Of a stretch of DNA of 64,000 bases, positions 43,600-54,182 are shown piece by piece. This DNA is from an uncultured Methylomirabilota bacterium (lineage in GTDB: Bacteria; Methylomirabilota; Methylomirabilia; Methylomirabilales; 2-02-FULL-66-22). Each line of letters starts with the position of its first letter. Position 1 is the stretch's first letter. Location of the stretch: NCBI GenBank assembly GCA_963845565.1, contig CAWJSJ010000005.1, forward strand, positions 928,001 to 992,000, read 5' to 3'. The notes under the pieces were generated by a model, which made no database searches, had not been told where the DNA came from, and was given only the letters and a program-made list of their open reading frames with translations. Made by a program: the position numbers and the translations under genes.

Positions 43600-44679
43600 A
43601 TGAATATCCGATTGAAGGACATGGTGAAAAGGTTCGGAACCCTGGAGGCGGTGAGCCACGTGTCCCTGGATATACGGGACGGCGAACTTTTCACCCTGCT
43701 GGGGCCTTCCGGGTGCGGTAAGACGACGATCCTCCGGCTCATCGGCGGTTTTCACAAGCCCGATTCCGGGGAGATTTACTTCGGCGACCGAGAGGTTTCG
43801 GCCATCCCTCCCTATGAGCGGAACATCGGCATGGTCTTTCAGAACTATGCCCTCTGGCCACACATGACCATCTTCGACAATGTGGCCTACGGCCTCAAGA
43901 TCAAGAAAACGGCCCACGCGGAAATGGAGAAGAAGGTAAACCGCGCCCTCTCGCTGGTCAATCTGACGGGCCTCGAAAAGCGATATCCCGGTCAGCTCTC
44001 GGGCGGTCAGCAGCAGCGCGTGGCCTTGGCGCGCGCCCTGGTTCTCAATCCGGACGTGCTGCTGCTCGACGAGCCCCTCTCCAACCTGGATGCCAAGATC
44101 CGCCAGCAGGTGCGCGCCGAAATCCGGAAGCTCCAGAAGGATCTGGCCATCACCGCCATCTACGTGACCCATGATCAGGAAGAGGCCCTGACCCTCTCGG
44201 ACCGCATCGCGGTCCTCGATCACGGGAAGCTTCAGCAGCTCGGATCTCCCCGGGATCTCTATCAAAGACCGGCAAACCCCTTTGTTGCCGATTTCATCGG
44301 CATCAACAATCTGATCGCCGGCGAGGTGAAGGAGATCCAGGAGGCGAAGGGCTGGATGGCCGTGCAGACCCGCTTCGGTCTGCTCAAATGCGTCTATGAG
44401 GGCCGCTTCAAGACCGGGGAGGCCTGCAAGGTCACCGTCCGTCCCGAGGTTGCTACCATCTGCAACACCGACGAAAAGAACGACGAGATGAACCTGATCG
44501 CCGGGAAGGTCAACTTTGCTTCCTATATCGGCAACACCATCCGCTACGACATCGCGCTGGATCCGGAGACCCTCTTCAAGGTGGACGTGCAGAATCCCTG
44601 GAACCAGAGACCTTTCCCCATTGACGAGAAGGTGAATGTGCGCTTTCCCATCCAGATCACCCTGGGGATTCCCGCCTGA
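43600..44679 (+). CDS. ABC transporter ATP-binding protein (PotA/AfuC-like, TOBE-type tail)
   Basis: GPSGCGKT, FQNYALWPH, LSGGQQQRVALARA, LLLDEP, VTHDQEEA. Confidence 0.95.
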   Translation: MNIRLKDMVKRFGTLEAVSHVSLDIRDGELFTLLGPSGCGKTTILRLIGGFHKPDSGEIYFGDREVSAIPPYERNIGMVFQNYALWPHMTIFDNVAYGLKIKKTAHAEMEKKVNRALSLVNLTGLEKRYPGQLSGGQQQRVALARALVLNPDVLLLDEPLSNLDAKIRQQVRAEIRKLQKDLAITAIYVTHDQEEALTLSDRIAVLDHGKLQQLGSPRDLYQRPANPFVADFIGINNLIAGEVKEIQEAKGWMAVQTRFGLLKCVYEGRFKTGEACKVTVRPEVATICNTDEKNDEMNLIAGKVNFASYIGNTIRYDIALDPETLFKVDVQNPWNQRPFPIDEKVNVRFPIQITLGIPA

Positions 44680-44707
44680 GACGACCTGAGAAGAGAGGGC
44701 CCTGAGT

Positions 44708-46420
44708 GTGAAAACAGAAACCACCATTGCCCTGCGCAAGTCTAGCGTCTGGTCTGAGATGAAAATCAGCGGCCTGCTGGCGTATGGCGCCGTCTGGGCA
44801 TTTTTCGTCGTTTTTCTCATCTATCCTCTGATCCGTCTGTTCTACGACAGCTTCACGACCGAGGCGGGGGCCTTTACTTTTTCGAATTTCCAGGATTTCT
44901 TCACAGACGCCTTCTATCTGAAATCCCTGTTGAACTCCATGATCCTGGGCGTGGCCACCGTGATCACGACCTCCATCATCGGCATCGCGATCGCGTTTCT
45001 TCTGCTGCGGTACGATTTTCCCGGGCGGGGGCTCTTCTCGTACCTGACGATCGTCCCCATGATCATGCCCCCCCTGGTCGGCGTCATGGGTTTCGTCTTC
45101 ATCCTGGGCCGCGCCGGAACCGTCAACATCATTCTCCAGGATTATCTCGGCTTTCAGAAGCCGGTCAACTTCATGTACGGACTCCACGGGATTCTCCTGG
45201 TGGAGACGCTGCATCTTTTTCCGCTGATGACGCTTTCCATCGTCGACGCCATGGGAAAGATATCGCCCTCCCTGGACGAGGCGGCTGAGAGCGTCGGGTC
45301 CCGGGGGATCCGCAAATTCTGGGACATCACGTTCCCGCTGACCACTCCGGGTTATGTTTCCGGGGCGCTCCTGGTCTTCATCTGGACCTTCGCCGACTTT
45401 GCCACACCGCTGGTGGTCGGAATCTCCGACCTGCTCGCCTCCCAGGCCTACCTGAACATCGTTCAGTTCGTGGACCGGCGTCTCTTCAAGATGGGGATCG
45501 TCATTTCGGCCATCATGGTGATCCTGGCCATCCTGTTTCTGATCATTGCCAAGAAGTACGTGTCGATCAAGGATTACAGCTCTCTCTCCTATTCGGTGAT
45601 CGAGCGGAAGAAGCTCTCCCCCCTGGCGCAGGTGGGGGCGATCGCCTTCCTGGGGTTCATCCTGATTTTGGCTTTCATTCCCTATCTGGGCCTCGCGCTG
45701 GATTCCTTCGGCAAGGGGTGGGCGCTGACCCCCTTTCCGGTGAAGTACACGCTCCAGTATTTCGAACGGGTGGCCTTCGAGACGCCCAAGTTCATCCTCA
45801 ACAGTCTGCTCTTTTCGGGGATATCGGTCGTGATCTGTATCGCCGTGGGGGTGCCGGTGGCCTGGGTGATGTCCCGGACCAAACTTCCGGGGCGCGACGT
45901 CCTCGACTCGCTGACCACGCTGATCCTGGCCCTGCCGGGGACCGGCATCGGCATCGCTTATATGCGGGCCTTCCGGGACCCCTTCCCCTTCATGGCCACC
46001 GCCCTGATCGGCATGTGGATCATCATTCCCATCGTCCTGGCGGTCCGGCGGCTCCCCTATACGGTGCGGGGGACCTTCGCCTCGCTCTTGATCGTCCACC
46101 GCTCCTTCGAGGAGGCGGCCGAGAGCGTCGGCGCCACCAAGCCCAGGACCTTCAAGGACGTCACGCTCCCCCTCATCTGGAAGGGGGTCCTGGTGGGGTC
46201 CCTCTACTCCTTCATCCTGGCCCTCCAGGAGGCGTCGGCCACGTTGCTGCTGGTCATCCCCGGCCATGAGATGATGACGGTGGGCATCTTCAACTTCTAC
46301 ATCGGCGGCTCCGTCAACGAGGCGGCCGCCCTTGGGTTCATCCTGATCATCCTCGGCGCCGCCTGCCTCTTCATCATCAACCGGATGGCTGGCTCCAAGA
46401 TGGGGGGCGTCTTCGGCTAG
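44708..46420 (+). CDS. ABC transporter permease, fused two-domain FbpB/AfuB type
   Basis: About 12 TM segments, two EAA motifs (LDEAAESVG, FEEAAESVGA). Confidence 0.92.
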   Translation: MKTETTIALRKSSVWSEMKISGLLAYGAVWAFFVVFLIYPLIRLFYDSFTTEAGAFTFSNFQDFFTDAFYLKSLLNSMILGVATVITTSIIGIAIAFLLLRYDFPGRGLFSYLTIVPMIMPPLVGVMGFVFILGRAGTVNIILQDYLGFQKPVNFMYGLHGILLVETLHLFPLMTLSIVDAMGKISPSLDEAAESVGSRGIRKFWDITFPLTTPGYVSGALLVFIWTFADFATPLVVGISDLLASQAYLNIVQFVDRRLFKMGIVISAIMVILAILFLIIAKKYVSIKDYSSLSYSVIERKKLSPLAQVGAIAFLGFILILAFIPYLGLALDSFGKGWALTPFPVKYTLQYFERVAFETPKFILNSLLFSGISVVICIAVGVPVAWVMSRTKLPGRDVLDSLTTLILALPGTGIGIAYMRAFRDPFPFMATALIGMWIIIPIVLAVRRLPYTVRGTFASLLIVHRSFEEAAESVGATKPRTFKDVTLPLIWKGVLVGSLYSFILALQEASATLLLVIPGHEMMTVGIFNFYIGGSVNEAAALGFILIILGAACLFIINRMAGSKMGGVFG

Positions 46421-46426
46421 ACCCGA

Positions 46427-46617
46427 CAGGCTGCTGAAAAAGGCCCATCTGCGGGGACCCATCCTCCGGATGGGTACCCCGCCGGCCTCGGCACTCGCTG
46501 CGGCGTACCTCCAGTACGCCTGGACCCAGCTGCGCTGGGTACCCCGGCCTCCGGCGTGCCGCCTGGCATCTGGGCCTTTTTGAGCAGCCTGAGTGAGACG
46601 AGTTCTTCAGCAGCCTG
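46427..46617. repeat. Family A MITE/REP-like element, copy 8
   Basis: CAGGCTGCTGAAAAAGGCCCATCTGC...GGCCTTTTTGAGCAGCCTG...TTCTTCAGCAGCCTG. Confidence 0.9.
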
Positions 46618-46758
46618 CTGATTCCCGGGGAACCCCCCAGGCGGGCTCTACCCCCGTTCCCGCCGGCTCTCCTTGCCCGCCCCCTGACTGGCGCCTTTCC
46701 AACTTCCTATGGGTCAGACCGTGGCGCAGTGGGCCAGGGAAGGCGGGCCAAGGAAGGC

Positions 46759-46787
46759 TTGACACCTTCCGGGGTTGCACTTAGACT
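46759..46787 (+). promoter_or_regulatory. Sigma70-type promoter of the methyltransferase gene
   Basis: TTGACA-17 bp-TAGACT. Confidence 0.65.
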
Positions 46788-46924
46788 GCCGGCAATTCCG
46801 GGTGGCGGGGACGCGGATGGGGGAAATGCTCGGGTAGAGCAGCGCTCGGCCGTCAGCATTCAGCGTTCAGCCACGAGACTGACCGCTGTTCGCTGATCGC
46901 TGACTGCTCGAATAAGGACACGCC

Positions 46925-47524
46925 ATGCACCATAAAGGGAAACCGGTCGACCGGCCCAAGTCGGGGCCCGGCGGCGGAAAGCACGATTTCTTCGGTCACG
47001 GGGACGAGATCCGGGCGGCACTGCTGACGCGGCTGCCCACGCAGGCCATCCGGGCGCTGGACGTCGGCACGGGGTTCGGGCGGAACGCCGTCTTTCTCGC
47101 GCGCCATCTGGCGCCGGGGAGCCACGTCTGGTCGGTGGATCCGTCGGAGGAATCCCTCAAGCAGGGCGCCGCGGCGGTCCAGGAGGCGGAGTTGACGGCG
47201 ACCGTCACGCTGGGGCCGGGATCAGCGGAGCGACTGCCGTTCCGGGACGACGAATTCGACCTGACCGTCGGGGTCATGCTGTTCCATCACCTGGTGGAGG
47301 TCCCGGCGGCCCTGCGGGAGATGGGGCGCGTCACCAAGCCAGACGGGAAGTTGCTGATCGTGGACTGGGGGCCGACCGCGCACTTGCTTCCGTTTGCGAT
47401 CGAGCACCGCCCCGAGGATTTCTTTACGCCCCGTGCGGTGGAGAAGATGCTGATGGAGTCCGGGTTCGGGGCCTCGGTGGAACAGCATCCGATGTGGTAT
47501 GTCGCCGAGGGGATGAAGGTCTAA
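46925..47524 (+). CDS. Class I SAM-dependent methyltransferase
   Basis: ALDVGTGFG, AERLPFRDDEFD, RVTKPDGKLLIVD. Confidence 0.9.
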   Translation: MHHKGKPVDRPKSGPGGGKHDFFGHGDEIRAALLTRLPTQAIRALDVGTGFGRNAVFLARHLAPGSHVWSVDPSEESLKQGAAAVQEAELTATVTLGPGSAERLPFRDDEFDLTVGVMLFHHLVEVPAALREMGRVTKPDGKLLIVDWGPTAHLLPFAIEHRPEDFFTPRAVEKMLMESGFGASVEQHPMWYVAEGMKV

Positions 47525-47675
47525 CAGGCTGCTGAAAACGACCCATCTGCGGCGTTGGACCGCTTAGGCACTCGTTGCGGCGTACCTGGAGTACGCTCAC
47601 TCGGCCTTTCGCGTTCCGCCTTGCATATGGACCGTTTTGAGCAGCCTGGGCGAAGGTGGGTTGTTCAGCAGCCTG
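47525..47675. repeat. Family A MITE/REP-like element, copy 9
   Basis: Directly after the TAA stop; fills the gap between convergent genes. Confidence 0.9.
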
Positions 47676-47680
47676 CTGAT

Positions 47681-48481
47681 TCACTCGGGCGCGGCCCCGA
47701 GCAGGGTGCGGATGTCGCGCCGCAGTTGCCGCATGCTCGAGTCGTCCTCGGTCCGGTAATACCCGCGGATGCGTGCCTTCCGGTCGCCCAAGACGAACCA
47801 GGAGCTGTGCAGGAACGGCGGGGCGAGAAACTCCGAATCGGAGTGCGCCCGCGCCAGGTCCGGCTCCAGCAGGTGCCGGAGTGCGCGATCGACGCCCTTC
47901 GCGCGCGGGAGCGTCCACCATCCTGTCGAGCGCTCGGTCTGGTTTCCCCGCGGCGACGAGACCGGGGCGGGCGCGGCCGTTTCCGTCGGGTCCTCCACGC
48001 TGAGCCGGAATCCCTCCTGAATCAGGGCGTAGATCGCCTGCTTGTCCCCGGTGAGAAACCACCACTGGCTGCGGTCGGCCTCGTAGCGGGCGGCGTACTT
48101 GGCGAGGACGGCGGGGGTATCGCGCTTCGGATCCACCGTGATCGAGAGGAATCGCAGCCCCGATTCTCCGGCAAAGTCCCGCTGCAAGACGGCCATGCGG
48201 GCGCTCTGGAGCGGGCAGGTATCGGTGCACTGGGTGTAGATGAAGTTGGCGACCCACACTGTGCCGACGAGGTCGGACCGGGTCACCGTCCGGCGGTCGC
48301 GCTCGGTCAGGGAGAAATCGGGGAGGGTTCCGAAGAGCTGTAGTCCCCCAAGCATGGCACTCACCGGCGGTCGGCCCGGTCGCAGGAGGTACCACGCCCA
48401 GCCGCCCGCGATGGCCGCCAGCGCGACGGTGAGGGCCAGGACCAGAACCAGCGTGTGACGCGGAGGGGACGTCTTGGGCAT
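47681..48481 (-). CDS. SCO1/SenC family copper chaperone
   Basis: N-terminal TM anchor, FIYTQCTDTCP (CxxxC), SITVDPKRDT, conserved His in FLHS. Confidence 0.9.
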   Translation of the reverse strand: MPKTSPPRHTLVLVLALTVALAAIAGGWAWYLLRPGRPPVSAMLGGLQLFGTLPDFSLTERDRRTVTRSDLVGTVWVANFIYTQCTDTCPLQSARMAVLQRDFAGESGLRFLSITVDPKRDTPAVLAKYAARYEADRSQWWFLTGDKQAIYALIQEGFRLSVEDPTETAAPAPVSSPRGNQTERSTGWWTLPRAKGVDRALRHLLEPDLARAHSDSEFLAPPFLHSSWFVLGDRKARIRGYYRTEDDSSMRQLRRDIRTLLGAAPE

Positions 48482-48714
48482 GGGCGCAATCCTTCGCCCG
48501 GGCAGTGAGGGCGAGCGTGCGAACTCCGTCGGAATGGCGACGACTTGCTGCCCACCGGCCGACGGATCATCCGGTCAGAAAAGCCAGCGATACACCACCA
48601 CGCCTGCTCCTACCAGGAGCAGCAGCCACGCGGACGGTCAGAGGCGAAACCGCATCGCGACACCCTCCGAGATTCACGCGCCAGGCGCAAGACGTCGTTC
48701 TGGACGAGGCCTGA

Positions 48715-48905
48715 CACGATGCTGAAAAACCCGCTGGCACACAGGCTGCTCAAAAAGGTCCAGATGCCAGGCGGCGGGCAAAGGGCGGGGTACCCGCCGC
48801 AGGTGGGTCAAGGCGTACTCCAGGTACGCCGCAACGAGCGCCCGAGCACGCGGGGTACCCGTCCGGAGGATGGGTCCCCGCAGATGGGCCTGTTTCAGCA
48901 GCCTG
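48715..48905. repeat. Family A MITE/REP-like element, copy 10
   Basis: CACGATGCTGAAAAACC...CAGGCTGCTCAAAAAGGTCCAGATGC...GTTTCAGCAGCCTG. Confidence 0.9.
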
Positions 48906-48918
48906 CTCCCCGAGCGGC

Positions 48919-50817
48919 TTACCGGCGCCGATCCGATAAGAAATCGAACAGGGTCGCCACGCTCTCGTCGAGGCCGGACGCCCCCGTGTCGATCGTCAGT
49001 TCCGGCGTCAGGGGCGGCTCGTACGGCGCAGAGACCCCGGTGAACTCCGCGATCTGTCCGGCCCGCGCCTTGGCGTACAGACCCTTCGGATCGCGCCGTT
49101 CGCACACGTCAACGCTGGCGCTCAGATACACCTCGACGAACCTCGCGCTGCCGATGATCTCCCGCGCGGCGTTGCGGTCCTCCCGGTAGGGGGAGATGAA
49201 CGCCGTGATCACGAACAGCCCCGCGTCGTTGAAGAGCTTCGCCACCTCGGCGATCCGCCGGATGTTTTCCTTGCGGTCGCTCGGCGAGAAGCCCAGATCC
49301 CGGTTCAGGCCGTGCCGGATGTTGTCCCCATCGAGCACGAAGCACGCGTGCCCCGCCTCGATCAGCCGTTGTTCCAGCTCCATGGCGATGGCCGATTTAC
49401 CCGAGCCGCTCAGCCCGGTGAGCCAGATGGTGGCCGCCTGCTGTCGGAGCAGGCGCGCCCGGTCGTCGGGGGTGACCTTGCTGCGCTGCCAGGCGATGTC
49501 GCGGCTGACAGTCTCCTGCGCGCCCTGGCGCGAGACCTGGTCGGCGCCCGCCCGGGCGATCACCATCGCCGCCCCCACGGTGACGTTGGTGAGCGGATCG
49601 ATCACGATGAAGCTGCCCGTCTGCCGGCTGCGCTGGTACTCGTCGACGAAGAGGGGCTTGAAGAAGCTGAAGCGCGCCCGGCCGATGTCGTTCAGGCCCA
49701 GCTGCGGGCCCTCGTCGCGGCGGAGCGTGTTGGGGTCGACGCGGTACTGGATCTCCGCGCAGCTGCCTTTCACGACGGCGGAGCCGTGCTTGACCAGATA
49801 CGTCTTCCCAACCGCCAGCGGCTGATCGCTCATCCACACCACCATCGCCTCGACCGACCGCTCGACGCGGGGCAGATTCTTGGGGTGGGCGATCATGTCC
49901 CCGCGGCTGATGTCCATGTCGTCCGCGATGCATAGCGTCACGCAGAGCGGCGCGAAGGCGTAGGCGAGATCGCCGTCGTAGGTCACGATGCGGGTGATCT
50001 GCGAGCGCTTACCCGATGGGAGCACCACGATCTCGTCCCCCGGGCGCACCACCCCCGCCGCGATCTGCCCGCTGTACCCCCGGAACGTCTGGTCGGGCCG
50101 CACCACGCGCTGGACCGAAAAACGGAAATCGATCAGGTTCCGGTCGCCCCCGACGTAGACATTCTCCAGATGGGTCAAGAGCGGGATGCCGTCGAACCAC
50201 GGCATCCGGCGGCTCTTGTGCACGACGTTATCGCCCCGCAGCGCGCTGACCGGGATAAATGTGAGGTCGCCGAAGCCCAGCCGGGTGGCGAAGTCCGTGT
50301 ACTCGTCCTTGATCCGCTCGAAGACCTCCTGGTTGTACCCCACCAGGTCCATCTTGTTGACCGCCACCACGAGCCGCGGCACGCCCAGGAGGGACGAGAT
50401 GAACCCGTGGCGCTTCGATTGGGTGAGCACACCGAGCCGGGCGTCGATCAGGATCACGGCGAGGTCGGCGGTCGAGGCGCCGGTGGCCATGTTGCGGGTG
50501 TACTGCTCGTGGCCGGGCGTGTCGGCGATGATGAACCGTCGTTTCGCCGTGGCGAAGTAGCGGTAGGCCACGTCGATGGTGATTCCCTGCTCGCGTTCGG
50601 CTTTGAGGCCGTCGGTGATGAACGAGAAATCGATCTCGTCGCCCCGGCCCCCGGCGGCCTTCTTCAGCGCCTCGATGTGGTCCTCGTAGAGGGCGTCGGC
50701 GTCGTGCAGCAGCCGGCCGATCAGCGTGGATTTTCCGTCGTCGACGCTCCCGGCCGTGGTGAATCTGAGCAGATCGGGGTCGCCGTCACGGTGGAGCAAG
50801 GCATGCTGGGCGTTCAT
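48919..50817 (-). CDS. cysNC: Bifunctional sulfate adenylyltransferase subunit 1 / adenylyl-sulfate kinase
   Basis: TAGSVDDGKSTLIGRLL, ADTPGHEQYTRNM, C-terminal WLTGLSGSGKS, DGDNIRHGL, RDPKGLY. Confidence 0.96.
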   Translation of the reverse strand: MNAQHALLHRDGDPDLLRFTTAGSVDDGKSTLIGRLLHDADALYEDHIEALKKAAGGRGDEIDFSFITDGLKAEREQGITIDVAYRYFATAKRRFIIADTPGHEQYTRNMATGASTADLAVILIDARLGVLTQSKRHGFISSLLGVPRLVVAVNKMDLVGYNQEVFERIKDEYTDFATRLGFGDLTFIPVSALRGDNVVHKSRRMPWFDGIPLLTHLENVYVGGDRNLIDFRFSVQRVVRPDQTFRGYSGQIAAGVVRPGDEIVVLPSGKRSQITRIVTYDGDLAYAFAPLCVTLCIADDMDISRGDMIAHPKNLPRVERSVEAMVVWMSDQPLAVGKTYLVKHGSAVVKGSCAEIQYRVDPNTLRRDEGPQLGLNDIGRARFSFFKPLFVDEYQRSRQTGSFIVIDPLTNVTVGAAMVIARAGADQVSRQGAQETVSRDIAWQRSKVTPDDRARLLRQQAATIWLTGLSGSGKSAIAMELEQRLIEAGHACFVLDGDNIRHGLNRDLGFSPSDRKENIRRIAEVAKLFNDAGLFVITAFISPYREDRNAAREIIGSARFVEVYLSASVDVCERRDPKGLYAKARAGQIAEFTGVSAPYEPPLTPELTIDTGASGLDESVATLFDFLSDRRR

Positions 50818-50819
50818 GG

Positions 50820-51734
50820 TCAGAAGTATCCCTCGCGCTTCTTCTGCTCCATCGACCCGTCCTGGTCGTGGTCGATGATCCGGGTGATGCGCTCCGAGTG
50901 CTTGGCCGTTTTCAGCTCCTCGATGATCGCGCCGACCGTCCGGGCCGTGGAGCGAACCGCCCCGGTGCACGGGTAGCATCCGAGCGTGCGGTAGCGGCAC
51001 ATGACGCGCTGCGGGGTCTCGCCCGGCATCATCCGGGTGGCGTCCCCGACCGGGATCAGATGGCGACCCCGCACCACGACCTCGCGCTCCCGGGCGAAGT
51101 AGAGGGGCACGACGGGGATGTCCTCCAGCGCGATGTACTGCCAGATGTCGAGCTCGGTCCAATTGGAGAGCGGGAAGATGCGAATGCTCTCGCCGGGGCC
51201 CACCCGGCCGTTATACAGGTTCCACAGTTCCGGGCGCTGGTTCTTCGGGTCCCACTGGCCGTGCTCGTCGCGAAACGAATAAATGCGCTCCTTGGCGCGG
51301 GAGCGCTCCTCTTCGCGGCGCGCGCCACCCATGACGCCGTCGTACTCCCCGAGCCGGAGGGCGTTGAGCAACCCCTGAGTCTTGAGCAGGCCGCAGCACT
51401 TCACGGTCCCCAGATCCCACGGATTGGTGTTGGCCTGCAGCGCCTCCTGGTGCATGTACACCCGCAGCTCGGCGCCGATCTCGCGGCAGAAGCGGTCGCG
51501 GAACTCGTACATCTCGGGGAACTTGTACGAGGTGTCGACATGGAGCAGCGGAAAGGGAATCTTCCCCGGGAAGAAGGCCTTCCGGGCGAGGCGCACCATG
51601 CACGAGGAATCCTTCCCCACCGAATACAGCATCACCGGCCGCTCGCATTCGGCGACCACCTCGCGCATGATGTGGATGCTCTCGGCTTCCAGTCGCCGTA
51701 TCACGGAAAGCGAATAACTCTCGCCAGTACTCAT
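50820..51734 (-). CDS. cysD: Sulfate adenylyltransferase subunit 2
   Basis: [50 protein letters not shown]. Confidence 0.97.
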   Translation of the reverse strand: MSTGESYSLSVIRRLEAESIHIMREVVAECERPVMLYSVGKDSSCMVRLARKAFFPGKIPFPLLHVDTSYKFPEMYEFRDRFCREIGAELRVYMHQEALQANTNPWDLGTVKCCGLLKTQGLLNALRLGEYDGVMGGARREEERSRAKERIYSFRDEHGQWDPKNQRPELWNLYNGRVGPGESIRIFPLSNWTELDIWQYIALEDIPVVPLYFAREREVVVRGRHLIPVGDATRMMPGETPQRVMCRYRTLGCYPCTGAVRSTARTVGAIIEELKTAKHSERITRIIDHDQDGSMEQKKREGYF

Positions 51735-51799
51735 GAGGTGCCTTTCCAGTCTCGAACCACCGATGTGCCCCTCGCGCCCCGCTCGTGCGCCGCACCGGG

Positions 51800-53083
51800 T
51801 TACAGCCGGAAGCGCTCCCGGTAGGCCGCATACCGCTGCGTCTCTTCCGCGACGTTCATGCCGAACTGCTCCAGGCTGTAGCGGTGCGCCCCGAACCGAT
51901 CCTTCGGGTTCCGCTGGAGGAACGCGCGGACCGCCTCCTCCAGTCCCGGCGGGAAGGGGAGGTCGAAGTGGGCGTACACCGTCCGGACGGCGCGGATCGG
52001 ATCCGCCACCAGGTCGAGGTAGAGCAGGTCCAGGAAACGCTCGGCGGGCACGCCGCCCTGGTCGCGGAAGCGCATGGCTCTGGTAATAGCCTCCGCCCAC
52101 CGGCGGCTGCATTCCGGTCCGACCTCGAGCGGATCGATCTCATCGCTGAAGGCGCCCCGGAGCGTCGCCGTCAAGGACGCGTTCGACGCCGTCACCTGGT
52201 TGGGATCCCGGTGGGTCATGACGACGCAGGCGTCCGGGTAGGTCGAGAACATCGCCCCGAAGTCGAACATGTGGGCGGGCGCCTTGAGGACCCAGCGTGC
52301 GCCCGGGCACCGCCACTGGAGGTGCTGCAGGAATCGCCGATGCGCCTGGTAGGCCGGGCGGAGGTCCTGCCCCTCGAGCCAATCCAGATAGGACGGCAGG
52401 CGGTGGGTGGTCTCGAACTGATAGCTCAGGAAGGAGTGGCTGAAGATGACCAAGCACTCCTCGGGCAACTGGGGGTCGACGGGGTGGATCCGGTTGAAGC
52501 CCTTCACCAGGCGATGGAACCAGCGAATCTGGCCGTTGACCACGCCGATGCGGCGGTCCGTGCGATACGTCGCGGCGTCGGGAGGTGGCGAGGGGTAGAC
52601 GGTTTCCCACGTCAGGGGAACCCGGTTGGCCGGGTCGAGGGCAAGGAGGGCGTGCAGGAGGGTGGTTCCGGTCCGGGGCAGCCCGGTGATGATGATCGGC
52701 CGTCGCGTCTCCTGCGCCGCGATCCCGGGGTTCCGCTTCCGGTCCTCCTCCATGCGGAGCCGGTTGACGAGGAGGCGGATCAGGTCATGCCGCGTGGCCA
52801 AGCGCCCCATGGGATTCAGCCGCGCCTCGCTCTTCACGGATGCCAGAAGCCGGCGGAAGGGCTCGCGGAACGACGGGTCGCCGAAGTCCTCGAGCGCCGC
52901 CTGCCGGCGCGCCGCGCGGAGGAGCCCCTCCTCCTGGAGTCCATCCGGCATGACGTGTTCGAACAGCCGGCCACCGGCATTGACGGCGCGGATCAAGGCG
53001 GAACGTTCCACCTTCCAGCGCTTCGGGTCTTCTACGGTCACGGTAGCTCCTTGGGCTGCGGGGGCGACTGGCGGGTCCGGCAT
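51800..53083 (-). CDS. PAPS-dependent sulfotransferase
   Basis: [14 protein letters not shown] 5'-PSB loop, [13 protein letters not shown] 3'-PB motif. Confidence 0.92.
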   Translation of the reverse strand: MPDPPVAPAAQGATVTVEDPKRWKVERSALIRAVNAGGRLFEHVMPDGLQEEGLLRAARRQAALEDFGDPSFREPFRRLLASVKSEARLNPMGRLATRHDLIRLLVNRLRMEEDRKRNPGIAAQETRRPIIITGLPRTGTTLLHALLALDPANRVPLTWETVYPSPPPDAATYRTDRRIGVVNGQIRWFHRLVKGFNRIHPVDPQLPEECLVIFSHSFLSYQFETTHRLPSYLDWLEGQDLRPAYQAHRRFLQHLQWRCPGARWVLKAPAHMFDFGAMFSTYPDACVVMTHRDPNQVTASNASLTATLRGAFSDEIDPLEVGPECSRRWAEAITRAMRFRDQGGVPAERFLDLLYLDLVADPIRAVRTVYAHFDLPFPPGLEEAVRAFLQRNPKDRFGAHRYSLEQFGMNVAEETQRYAAYRERFRL

Positions 53084-54153
53084 GAACCGTCCGTCACGAC
53101 GCCCCCGGGGGTCTTACGGAACGCGCGGCGGATCGCCGAGGCCTGCCACGAGGCCAGCCCGGGGAGGCCAAGGAGCAGTTCCCGCACCCGCCGGACCAGG
53201 GAGAGGCCGAGCGCGACGCCGGGCTCGATGCCGAGGGCGCCTCCCACCAGGACGTAGCCCCCTTCCTGGATGCCGAGGGCGCCGGGCACCGCGAAGGCCC
53301 CGGTCCGGATGGCCTGGCCGAGGCTCTCGAACAGCAACGCCGTCCGGAGGTCCACGGGATGGCCGAGCAGGTGCAAGGCGTACCAGACCTCGGCAATGCC
53401 GACGAACCAGGCCAGCATGTGCCAGCACCCCGACGCGAGCACCACCCGGCGCTCGCCATAGAGCCGGAGCACCTCGCCATCCATGGTGGTGGCGCCGTCG
53501 GAGAAGGGGACCCATTCCGGACCCCCCAGGATCCGCTTCGATAACCGCACGAGCAGGCCGAAGAGTCCCCGCCGCTGGACCGCATAGAACCCCGCCAACA
53601 GGATCGCCATGATGCCGGAGCCGACCAGCACCACCAGCAGCGCCCGTCCCAGGCCGAGGCTCGGAACCAGCACGCTGACGCCGAAGAGCGTGAAGAGGAT
53701 CTGCGTCAGCACGACGAGGGTGATGTCGACGACGACGCTGGCGCCGGCCGGTCCGACCCGGACCCCACGGTCCGCGAGGAGCCAGGCCTTCACCACGTTG
53801 CCACCCATCTGGAGGACGGGGAGCAGGTCGTTGATCGACTCCCCGATCCAGCGGGCCCAGATCATCGTCCGCCGTTTCGGCTGCTGCCCCGACGGGAACA
53901 GGGCCCGCCAGCCCATGGCGTCCGCCCACACCTGCGGAAGATGGAGGAGCGCGACGGCGAGAATTCCCCATCCTGCCTGCCGGAGGGCTGCCGCCACGTC
54001 GTCTATCCCCTGCCAGGCGATGACGGCAACGAACAGCACGACGCCGACTGCAAGGCCGCCGTACGCGGCGCGGGAGCCGAGGAACCCACGGAGCAGCGTC
54101 ATCGGAGTCGGAGGCAGAGACGGGCTCCGCTCCGGATTGGCGTCGGGATTCAT
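53038..54153 (-). CDS. Lysylphosphatidylglycerol-synthase TM domain / HpnL-like flippase
   Basis: RWIGESINDLLPVLQMGG, FAVPGALGIQEGGY, LSLVRRVRELLLGLPGL; multi-TM. Confidence 0.82.
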   Translation of the reverse strand: MNPDANPERSPSLPPTPMTLLRGFLGSRAAYGGLAVGVVLFVAVIAWQGIDDVAAALRQAGWGILAVALLHLPQVWADAMGWRALFPSGQQPKRRTMIWARWIGESINDLLPVLQMGGNVVKAWLLADRGVRVGPAGASVVVDITLVVLTQILFTLFGVSVLVPSLGLGRALLVVLVGSGIMAILLAGFYAVQRRGLFGLLVRLSKRILGGPEWVPFSDGATTMDGEVLRLYGERRVVLASGCWHMLAWFVGIAEVWYALHLLGHPVDLRTALLFESLGQAIRTGAFAVPGALGIQEGGYVLVGGALGIEPGVALGLSLVRRVRELLLGLPGLASWQASAIRRAFRKTPGGVVTDGSCRTRQSPPQPKELP

Positions 54154-54182
54154 GATTCGAGCATGCCGCGAACCCGCCCCAC

